A DNA stretch of 64,000 nt, taken from contig CM120641.1 of assembly GCA_051362555.1 (NCBI GenBank), positions 34,044,401-34,108,400 of the forward strand, written 5' to 3'. The notes beneath the pieces are model-generated. The model was not told where the DNA came from. It saw nothing but the letters and a program-made list of their open reading frames with translations, and did not search any database. The stretch's first letter is position 1, and every line of letters starts with the position of its first letter. A program made the position numbers and the translations under genes. Shown here piece after piece: positions 53,501 through 64,000 of this stretch. The DNA is from Lingula anatina (lineage: Eukaryota; Animalia; Brachiopoda).

Positions 53501-53970
53501 ACTAATGCCTTCACTATCTCAACGAAAAACAGAAAGTAGTCCTGATGTCACTCAATTGTAATTGGAAAGCTGGGTTATTTTCCAATGAGAAATATTTCAC
53601 AACTTATACAAATGTTGAGAAAATGACCATGCAGATTAAAGCAAATTCAATAAACAAAATTTAAACTGCGTAATTAGACAGATAAAATTGTGCATTTCTG
53701 ACCTTGACTTGTCAGTGTAAACAAATTGTACTGAACGCATCGTAAACAAGCAAGTGAATGCCGTGTTTGATACTTTGTATCAGATGCTCTATTTGACAAC
53801 AAAGAGTGTTTACGATGGACATGACGGGGGAAAAACAGCGAATAAAATGTGTACTTCTGTTTTTTTGTCATTTTCTTGAAAGTTCGTTCGATTTCTTGAA
53901 GGTTGAGCCTATCTTTAACTAAGGCACAAATAGCACACATTTTATTAAGCAAGATTAGCCGCTGCTTGCA

Positions 53971-55404
53971 CTAATTCTTCTTGGCTTTAGGCTTTCCTGC
54001 AAGAACATCTTTCAGTTTGGTCTGTAACCAGCTGATGTAGCGTTGTAGTGCTCCCTGGCTACGGATGCCAGGCAGGAGCACAATGAAACACACTGAAACG
54101 CAAAAAAGACTACATTCATATTGTGTCCCTTTGAAAGCAATTTTCAGTCTACTTAACTTGACAGTGCAAGTCATAATATATGATACAGCAAGCAACTTTA
54201 GGTATGATAGTGGCTGGTACATCAAACGATAACATTATCAAGTTGGATTTACATGTTTAGACGTTGAAAAGGAAACTACTGAACCACCTGGTGATTGATA
54301 TATAATGTTCTATAAAGAATCTTTAAAATATGAGGCATGCTGGTACCGGTGACTGGCTGTTTAATGTATATTTTAATTTATATCTTATTCCTGTTGGAGG
54401 CAATAAAGTTACATGCTTGGGTGTACTCAAATTTGGAAAAACAATCCCTGTAATGACAGTATAGTGATTTTATTACGTATTCAAAGTGGACTAACCTAGG
54501 AGATAAGTCAGTAAGAGATTGTCCATCAGATTGCCCAGCCATGCCATCATGGTCAGGAATCCCATTACCAAGACAAAATACTGGAAATGACAGCAAATGC
54601 ACACATAAATACTAGTACATCAAAAAATAAGTAACATTGTAAAATACATTTTTAAATACAGTTAAAACTGTATAACAGCACTTCCAAAACGTACAATAAA
54701 AACATATTGGAGTCTTCAATCTATTACAGTGTGTACAGTAACTGCCATAGGTAACTACTGAGAATGTTGATCACCAATTAAATATCGTTAATGCAAGTAT
54801 TTAATGTGTAAATGGTGCTGAGTTTTTTGTGTACTTTTAATGAACATGTACAATTGTGATACTGACAGCATTTGAATTTTCATTTCCAAATTGTTATTAG
54901 CTTAATAGGTAATACCATTATTTTAAACTTCACCAACATCTATATAGACATTTTTTCAAATAAATTTCAAAGTCAAAATAATGAAATAAAATGCTTTATT
55001 TTTAGGCAAAATATATTCCAATAAGACCCATAGGGAAAAAGCTGATTGTATAATCATTATTACTTACCAGAGCAGGCTTCTCGCTTTTTAAATTGTTAAG
55101 TGTGTTTTTCATATCCATCAAATGATGTTTGGCATTAAGAATTCTCAGACAAATCTGCTCATACTGCTGCTCCTGAAGGACAGTCCTGAAAGTTGACAGC
55201 CAATTACATTTTTTAATATAAATACATTTCTGTTCAAAGGGGAAAAAAGAAAAGAAAGGATAATTTCACACTGTGAGGTACAATTTAAAAGCAAATTTGT
55301 CCATATTGAATATCTAATGAATTTACATATACAGTACACATCACTAGGTAAGGGTGAATTTTCCTGGGAAACATAACTCATTTGCTCTAAGAATCAATTT
55401 AAAA

Positions 55405-55448
<44 letters not shown>

Positions 55449-58400
55449 TTTAAGTGCTAGTACTCCTAACGGAAAAGTGCATGTGTAGGTAGACATAAGA
55501 TCATTTCTAAAAGTATATAAAGCTGTTAAAATACTTAAGGCAACTTTCTTAATCATAGTGCTTGATCTAAAATAAATTGCTTTCACAAGTCTTACTCATC
55601 TCCACACTGTGGATATAACCCAAACATACCTATGACATTAAAGCTTAAACTGAGTCAGATGCTCAAATGTAAAACATGAGCCAATTTAATGATCTAAAAC
55701 ATAAGGTGAATACAGATCCATTAAATGTACGGCAGTGAAATGTTTTATTTCGGTTAGATATATATATATAATTCATATAAATTATATAATATGTGCATTT
55801 TTTTCTCCAGGCATAATATCTCGATTTTACAGTGGTATTACTTTAGCCCCAAGTCCCAAATCAAACTTGGCATCCCACATGCACATTTTTGCCAAAGGTG
55901 TACTAAGTTTCACGTGTACATCAATTTCAAAATGTCAAACTAAGCAGAACAGCACTTTCACAATATTACACACACAGAATACTAACCAGATGATTTATAA
56001 ATTCCAAATGACATAAAAACTCTATGGAATTTAAAGGGTTACGTGTTAAGGATATAATCTGCTAAAAACCTGTAACACAACACATACATAATCAACTTAC
56101 CAGTGCTCACTAGTAAAAACACTGGAGGCTACAGTAGGCACCAAAAAATCTATGAGGCAGATGGTTAAACCCAACAGGGAGATGGTTGTCAGCACTGAAG
56201 GCTCAAAGTACCATATCAGCCTAAAACATAAAAGTGTTCAAAATAGATGCAGTCTGCAATGTTAGCTGCTGGTCCTATGCCTGCAGCCAGTTGAATTTAG
56301 TTTGGACCAGTAAATTTTTCAAAATGTGTGAATTTAGTACCCTGATATGGACATTAGAATTTTTCTATAAGTTTTCAAAAGAGCTTTTGATTCAATTTAT
56401 TTTTCTGAAATGTAATATTTGCACGCTGATTCTAAATCTCAAATAAAAATGTTTGCCAAAATCAAAGTCTTGTTATTTTTACTAAGAGAATAGTGGAAAA
56501 TGTCCAGTATTATTGAATTTTTATTTAGCCCAGTGAACTCAATCCCAACCAGTAGATTTAAGAAAACTAGTGGTACAAATGGCTAATAAGCTGAAAGGTT
56601 TATGGTACAGACTGATGAATGTAAAATATCAGTTTCACTAAACAAAATGAGTTGCTTTCTATTCATTTCCCTTTAAATGAACACATTCACTTGTTTTCAA
56701 GTGCTAAATCATCATTTAAAAGATTAATAGCAAAGACCTTATCACATAAAGGCAGAGAGCAACACATTCACACTTAAAATCATAATTTATATTTACAATC
56801 TAATAGCCAGATAATGCAATCTATTCTAGTCTCACAAATATTTCATTTCTTTTTTTCCACATAAACATGCTCTATTAATTTTGATAGGTACCATTAAGGC
56901 AGAAGTCTAACTCCTTGCGGGATGCCATCAAATATCCAGATAATGCAATTTATTCCTGCTTCACTTGCACACGCTTTCTAAATTCTAATACTTACAAAAA
57001 TACAAAGGAGATAAGGCCAACAATTACAGCTGGGTAGTGTGGCTTTTCCCAATGTAAAATCTTATTCATTGGAAGCACAACTTCTCTCCAGCCTTCCAAG
57101 TCAGTTTTCAACTGATCCAGCTCTCTGTTCTGAAATGTAAATAGAAGACAAAAGAACATTGCTAAAATCTGTTCTGAAATGTACAAGAAAATGAACATTG
57201 CTAAAATATGTTTTTGCATACTTATTTGTAAAAAATACATTCCAAAACCAGAAGTCAGCAAAATATGCCTTTTCTCTTGTATCTATATTGACTAAATTAG
57301 TTTTGTCTCGTGTCTTGCTTGTAAATGCAAACAAATCAAACATTTCCAAATCAAGGGAAATAAAAACTTGGATGTCTGCTGAAAATAAAGAGTGGAGAGG
57401 CAAACTAAAAAGATAATTAATTGAAATTTACCATGACTGGATGTTCTAAAACCTCTTTGAAATCAACTTTCCTCTTGTTCTTGATATAAAACATCATCTC
57501 CACCAAAAGATACCTACTGAGCACTAGGCTCATTGAGCTTTTTACACTAAGCCACATTCATGCTGATATTGTACCCTACTGTTTTCCCCTATTCCTATCT
57601 ACCAACAGTGCTACAAGACTATTCCTAAGATATCAATGTGAAATGAACCTCACTACTTGTAACTCGAGACAAGTGTTTATCTCTTACTGGGGCCCTTACT
57701 TATCATGCAGCTCTAAATCTCTTTTGTTACTTGGTTGAAAAATACATATAGCACAAGTACCAAGGGACCTTAAAACTTCATATTGCAAACTGTTATGGAA
57801 GCTTACAGAACACAGAATTATTGCCATATCTATTCAGAACAGTATAAGAGGTATGCTTTATAAAAGTCATACAATAAGTGTAACATCAATCCTATTACTT
57901 CAAAACAACAAAATTCACTTATTGCATACTCTGATGGCTGAGCTTTTAATGGCCTATGATTCATTTCAGAAAACAAAAGTTGGTGAAGAAGAAGATCATG
58001 ATGGTGAATTGATCAATATTTATCAATAACTGAACATCTGAAATGTTATAGTATGCTATAGATACATGTAATACACATAGATAGTAATGTTACTGATTTA
58101 AGGACATGTTCAAATAACCAAATGATAAATCACTGATTTGGGCTTGAGAGGAAGATAACACTGCAATATGCAGAGCAACAAGACTTCTACTTTCCACTTT
58201 AAATGGGGTAGATTTTTTTGCCCAGACAACTAAATGAAAACCATATGTGTGTAATTAACCTATATTGACACAGGCATCTTCTATAATCTTGTTAGTGATA
58301 GTCTAGGTACAGAACATCTGAGAACACAAATTGCATGATATTCTGAAATTACATACTGACTAATAATGTTCTTAAATTACATACTGACTAAAAACTATGG

Positions 58401-59707
58401 TCAGTGTGGCTTAACCAAGTAATGAAGAGGAGTCAATAATTAATTTAATCACAAAATGTAGCCAATGCAGTTTACATTGGAGTACCTAACTGATTGTGGC
58501 ATCACATATTCTGAAATTATGTTATGAGTCCACATCTTAAAAGCATTTACCATTATTTAGCAAAGGTTTTCAGCTGTAATTCACCATGGTATCAAATTAC
58601 ATTCATGCTTATGTCCTTCTATGATTCCATTTGCTAGCATGTACATATAGTGGAAAAGGGTTGCAAAATACAAGAACCATGTGGACTATCAATAAATGCA
58701 AATTTGGACCTACAAAAGTTGCATACAGTGTACTTAAGGTGTAAATAGTGACAGTGACTGTGGCCAAAAAATTTTTTTTCTACCACAAACCTGTATTTGA
58801 TCTTTATATACAGTATGTTAATTCTCTATCCACTTATCTTTTTCCTTCAATTTGTAACCATATTTTTTTCAACAATGTGATAAATATGTAAAAGAGTATT
58901 CACATGTATATGTTAATAGTAATCATAATATGTAATAGCAAACTGTACCTTAGTATAAGTAACTATAGTATGTAAAGAGATGTGATGAATATATGTATAG
59001 CTGGTGTTTTGTGTCACGAAAAAGCCTTTGGTGCATAATTCGGGAGGGAGACACCAGTGATCTGACGTGAAGAAAGTACTGTATTCTATGTAAGACCAGT
59101 TGGAATAAAGACTTTTTAAACGTCCCTTTTTAAAGGACAATACATAACTTGTCATGCCATGGTTGCAAATAACAGAGGGCAGGTAAAGTAAAATGTGCAA
59201 GCATTGCTGTTCACTATGGATAATTATAAAATTAGCAATACCAAAACATGGATATAATGCTGGTAGTTTCCTAGAACTACATGTTGATGGCTATGTACTG
59301 GAAACATTAGAAATTATTAATATTTCTAAATCTCCAACCAAACTAAATCTGCAACACCCAACTTAAAAATCATCATTACGATTTTACAATTACACAATTA
59401 ATTGCTTGGAAGTAAAAAGATAAAAGAAACTAGCCCATGTGAAAGTGACGACAAAAAATGCTCGTCTTTTTTACCGACTATACCTGAAAATTAGCAGACA
59501 GCTAAATTGAAAATAAAGGGGAGGGGTCACCTTCAACTGTCAATAGCAAATTAGAGCAAAAGCGTTATATATCCTGCCTTCACGCATTCTTTACCTGTTT
59601 CACACTTTGGGTTCTTTTTAAAAATCAATAAAACTCAAAAACTTCTAATCATATTAACGTAAAATTACCTTTTGTTCAGCAGACGTACTACTAACCTCTC
59701 CATCCAT
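53971..59707 (-). CDS. ARL6IP1: ADP-ribosylation factor-like 6-interacting protein 1 (ER-shaping), 6 exons: 59707-59669, 57129-56996, ~56221-56101, ~55184-55068, ~54581-54497, ~54092-53971
   Basis: MDGEVSSTSAEQK|NRELDQLKTDLEGWREVVLPMNKILHWEKPHYPAVIVG...EPSVLTTISLLG...QQYEQICLRI...EKPALYFVLVMGFLTMMAWLGNLMDNLLLTYLL...LLPG...KAKKN*; C-terminal di-lysine-type ER retrieval signal. Confidence 0.93.
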
Positions 59708-60095
59708 TTTGAAAATTTTTGATTTGTTTAGATCACGCAAAATCTCGTCATTAGTATTTCCTGCATATTAATAAAACAATTTAAAGCAAAATACTTTTTG
59801 ATTAATTTTAAAAGAGATCACAAGCAATGTTACATGGATGTTCTTATTTTCTCTTATATCTTTAATATAAAAAAACCAATAGCTATAATCTCATTTTCAA
59901 TTAAAATCTCAACATATATGTGTTGTAGGCATTACGAGTAAGAGGCTTATAACGGAGAACACGCTGATGAGGAAATGGGTCACGTCACGTTGAAAACTAG
60001 GTCATTCGCCAAATGTGCACTACTGTGTTTTGCAGCGATAAAGGAGTTCCAGTTTGAAAAGAGTTTGTATATGTGAAAGCTATTCTGTCTGCATC
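59708..60095. promoter_or_regulatory. Putative bidirectional promoter between ARL6IP1 and ALG1
   Basis: Start codons are ~390 bp apart, head-to-head. TCACGTCA (TGACGTGA on minus) at 59980-59987. Confidence 0.65.
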
Positions 60096-63000
60096 ATGGA
60101 CATGCTTGAATGGACCTACATGAGTTTTGTACATAAACTGGAGAAGTTACTATCTCCATTTCTCTCTATCTCAGGCTCCACATCTCTTCCATCCGACACG
60201 TTCATTGTATTGATGATTCTGTTTGGTATAGCGGTTGGAGTGGCCACTTTAACTCTGTTAATGTGCGTTTGGAACAGCATGGACCCAGGACAGAACCGCA
60301 TATGTATAGTGGTGACGGGAGACATAGGTCGGAGCCCTAGGATGCAATACCATGCCCTTTCATTTGCCAAAGAAAAATTTCATGTTGATTTCATAGGATT
60401 TGGGGGTAATTGCCAAATTGGGGGTCATACTTAAATGTGCAAAACTTCGCAATACAGCACAATTCACAAGAGAAAATGACTCCAGACACAAGTAAACACA
60501 GGAAACTGTCACTGTAAGAAAATATGGTGATCTGAAAGCAAAATATATGACTTACGTAATTAATAGGGGAGACCTGGGATAGTTGGATCCCAGGGTAAGT
60601 TGGCTCCCCATCAATTTATGACAAAGTAACTACTGAGTATGGGTTAAAAGAATTGATCACATCATTTTGTAAAGTGACCATATCCAATAGTGCTAAGAAA
60701 GCATTGGCAGTTAGTCCAAATTAAATAATTTAGCATTTTAAAGTAACTTTATTAAAGAGACTTGATGGGGGCCAATTAACTTACCCTGGGGTGCAACTAC
60801 CCCGGTCTCCCCTATAGTTGATCCAACATTACAAATCAGCACAATTTGTTTATGGATTCTCAGATTGACTGCCATATTGGACAGTCGGGAAGAGCTACAT
60901 GCTATAGTCATTTTCTCAAGTGTTTTGCGCTGTTTTGCGCATTTTAGTATGACCAGCCAATTGCTTTTAATATAAGTTTGCAGCTGTCATGGTTTTTATA
61001 CAGTATTTTAATTACTAAATCCCAGTCATCACCATACATTCATCCAAAATGGAATTCACAAAAAAAAAAAAAAAATAAATAAATAAATAAATAAGATAAG
61101 ATAAATAAATAAATTTGTTACCCAGATTTCCCTCTTATTGAAATGCATATACTTTGAAAATACATTTTGATAGTCAGATATATATATTGTATATTCTTGT
61201 ATCCACTGTATATGTGATAAGTGACATATGTTGATTTTTTTTAGAATCTGTACCTCATCAAGATCTGACTTCAAACCCAAACATCAGAATACGAAAGATG
61301 ATGGAGACTCCACATTTTCTAAGATGTAAGTTAGTATGATTTTTTTGCACTGAAATGCTACTTAGCACTCCTATTATATGTTTTCTAATGTGTACTTTAT
61401 ATGCTAAGGTGCCTGTAACTGTTAAATGGTGATCAGATAGCAATTCTACTATGTATATCGGGGCTCTCATATGTTCTACTTACCTCTCATCCTGCACACT
61501 TCTGAAGTGCCAACCACTTTTGTTGTCAACAAACAAACTACTGCCAGTAACTGCACAGAATCTTGTACTGTACATCAGAGGTTGCTTGGTCCACATGATT
61601 GTTCAAGAGTTTGCTCTGGGTGGAAAACTTGATTTACGTGCCAGAGTTATCACTGATGTGGTTTTGTATTTTGATTTGGACAGGATAAACCAGCTGACTG
61701 GCTGAAATACATGTAAATAATATTCATAATGTGAGCCCAGCTATGAATTCTTATTTTATATTATCACGGTAATCTGAATTTCTTGTTTTAGCCTTGGACT
61801 GTTATCTTATATTGAAATAAACAGAAGAACTTGTCCTTTCCAGACTTGCCAAAACTGTTGAACTATATGTTTAAAGTACTATGGCAGTCTGTAGTGCTGT
61901 GTTTAACAGTGTTGATGACGAAGAAATCTTCACATATTTTACTTCAGGTAAATATGTTTCGAGTCTTGTTGAGTAATGACCAGTAACTAATGTCACATAA
62001 GGCCACACTTTTTTAATTTTATGGATGACATCCTGCGTGCGCACCGATTTTCGTCCGTTCTCAAAAAAAAACCCCCCCCCCCCCCCCCCAAACTGCCCCC
62101 CCCCCCCCCCCCAAAGGAAGTCGGTTGTCGCAAACATCGTTATTGAATTTGCCGGAAAATGCAATCGGCAATTCTCTGCTAATTCCGCAAGCTCCATACT
62201 GTCATTGTCGACTGCGGAGACATCCGAGTAGTTCCGAGTGTGGAAAATGAGCTTTCTGCGCATGCGTATTATCACCACATGGAAATATGGCCGTTTTGCC
62301 GTCAACTTCATCTCTAGCATTAATTTCAAAATACACGACAATTAAAGTCATAAAGAGAACGGGGGCCGTCGTTTTGGATTGGTTTGCCATTGATATTGGA
62401 CATGGAGATATCACCCTTTTACAATTTTACGAAAGGCTGGCCGCGGCCAGCAATCATCGCCCGGAAAATTTCAGTTACATTCTGTCCAAAGCAGCACATA
62501 CCAGTTTCTTTTTGGAGCGAAAAAAGGGTCGACAAGAGCGTCGCGGTATTTGGTGGACTGAAGGTCGGACAGGCCACCCGATAGTTGGCTGCTAGCGTGT
62601 GAGTCGAAGTAGACAAAATGGCATCGACCGAAATTACCTTAGTAGTAGGAAGCATAGGCCTATCTTTGCTTAATTTTTTTAACAATTCTGTGAAGTGTTT
62701 ACAATGCTTTAATTTTCTGAGAGTACAAATAAAGACACGCTATTTATTTGATATTTGTTTTATTGGTTTCTATACCAACAGAATGCATGAAATAACCTTA
62801 AATAGATTTGGTAATATGCAGCATATATATTCATGACTTTTTACCTTTCTACGAAGTAGGCCCTTTTCACAATGCTTTAATATTTTGAGAGCATGGATAA
62901 AGACATGTTGTTAGTTTGATACGTGTTTCTGTGGTAAATTAGTGTTTCCAGCTGTGTACTGAAAACATAACTTTTCTTAAGCAGTTTTTTTTTTTTTTTT

Positions 63001-63894
63001 TGGACTGTTTTTTTTTTTTTTTTTTCGCCCGCTCGCACCGACTTTGGGGTCCCCAGAGGATGTCATCCATAAAAATAAAAAAGTGTGGCCTAATGTAAAC
63101 AGAAGCTCATTGTCTTTTTTTTTTCTTGTAAGACGTGACTTTCCTGAAATTAGAAGTACTTGGGCTATAGAAAAGCAAAAATATTTTCTCCCAAGTTTTT
63201 GGCTCAAAATCTTGATTTGACCAAAAAATCACAGGTAGTATTACGTGTTAGTGTATTACCTAAATTTAAACGAAAATTGGGCTGAAAAAAGATTCAGATT
63301 GAAACCAGTTTATCATCCAATGATGCATCTTTTGGTCATGATTGGCTTGGCCTGTTCACAGACCTCTGTGATCATATATCTTTTCAGAATCCTCCAGCTA
63401 TCCCTACTCTGGCAGTGTTGTGGGTGGTTTGTCTGTACAGAGACAGTAGGCTAATAGTGGATTGGCACAACTATGGCTACACCATTCTTGGGCTTACCTT
63501 AGGAAGCAGACATCCTCTGGTGAGGTTTTCAAAGTGGTAAGATATGATTTTGTTCAAGGATAGTAATATCTCTTCTCAATTGGGTTTGTATAAGTTCATT
63601 TGCAAATCAAATACATCTGAGTGTTATGCATTCCTGTTTATTACTCATTGATTAATAATGATGGTCCCAACATTACATAGGATGCTTCTGAATTTGTGCT
63701 GGTGTGCCCATTTAATTCTTTGGGTTTGCAACCACCAGTGTACCTGTCATAAAGTTATTCTGGAGCCCTAGTCATGTTTATATCTTTCTTGTGCTGACTT
63801 CCAGGTATGAGGGTTTCTTTGGACGTCTAGCAGATAGCAACATATGTGTAACTCAAGCAATGAGAGAAGATCTGGCAGAGAAATGGAATATTAG
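60096..63894 (+). CDS. ALG1: Chitobiosyldiphosphodolichol beta-mannosyltransferase, 5' partial (exons ~60096-60406, 61246-61325, 61844-61947, 63388-63536, 63805-63894; continues beyond window)
   Basis: N-terminal TM, then IVVTGDIGRSPRMQYHALSFAK, LLQNPPAIPTL, LIVDWHNYGYTILGL, WYEGFFGRLADSNICVTQAMREDL: diagnostic ALG1 motifs. Confidence 0.96.
60564..60814. mobile_element. pogo/Tc1-mariner-like MITE in ALG1 intron 1
   Basis: TAGGGGAGACCTGGGATAGTTG ... CAACTACCCCGGTCTCCCCTA|TA. Confidence 0.78.
62001..63090. mobile_element. PIF/Harbinger-like non-autonomous element in ALG1 intron 3
   Basis: TAA|GGCCACACTTTTTTAATTTTATGGATGACATCCT ... AGGATGTCATCCATAAAAATAAAAAAGTGTGGCC|TAA. Confidence 0.9.
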
Positions 63895-64000
63895 GTAGAG
63901 TATGGGAGATATCAATAAGGATGAGAACTAAAAAGCCTACTTAATGTGAATCATTGTGATAATCATTCAGTTGCTCTGCATGGACACTGATTTAGATGTT

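Noticed and set aside
1-64000. tRNA, rRNA, snRNA genes
   Set aside because: None recognised by eye; tRNAscan-SE/Infernal would be needed to exclude them.

Overview
This is AT-rich, intron-containing eukaryotic genomic DNA, probably from a marine invertebrate such as a lophotrochozoan (inference). It is not prokaryotic, and most short ORFs in the track are noise or single exons. Spliced genes reconstructed by hand from GT-AG junctions: a claudin/PMP22/TMEM178-like tetraspan gene (1346-6118 +), a GM2-activator-like ML-domain gene (11647-14095 +), a 2-exon secreted orphan protein (18599-19999 -), two tandem 12-exon flavin monoamine-oxidase-like paralogs (21019-27932 and 43328-50524, both +), ARL6IP1 (53971-59707 -) and, head-to-head with it, the 5' part of ALG1 (60096 to window end, +). 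There are many non-autonomous DNA transposons with identifiable TIRs/TSDs (Tc1 foldback, P-like, Harbinger, Mutator-like, hAT-like, pogo-like) and a LINE fragment. The most unusual structure is the apparent satellite at ~32170-39970. On the minus strand, each of its ~22 monomers is one short GT-AG intron that folds into a hairpin (branch point in the loop, stem ending at the 3' AG) plus one symmetric exon. A 3.9-kb P-like element interrupts the array. The second MAO paralog has lost its membrane anchor and has changed substrate-gate residues. Coordinates were counted by hand and may be off by a few bases.
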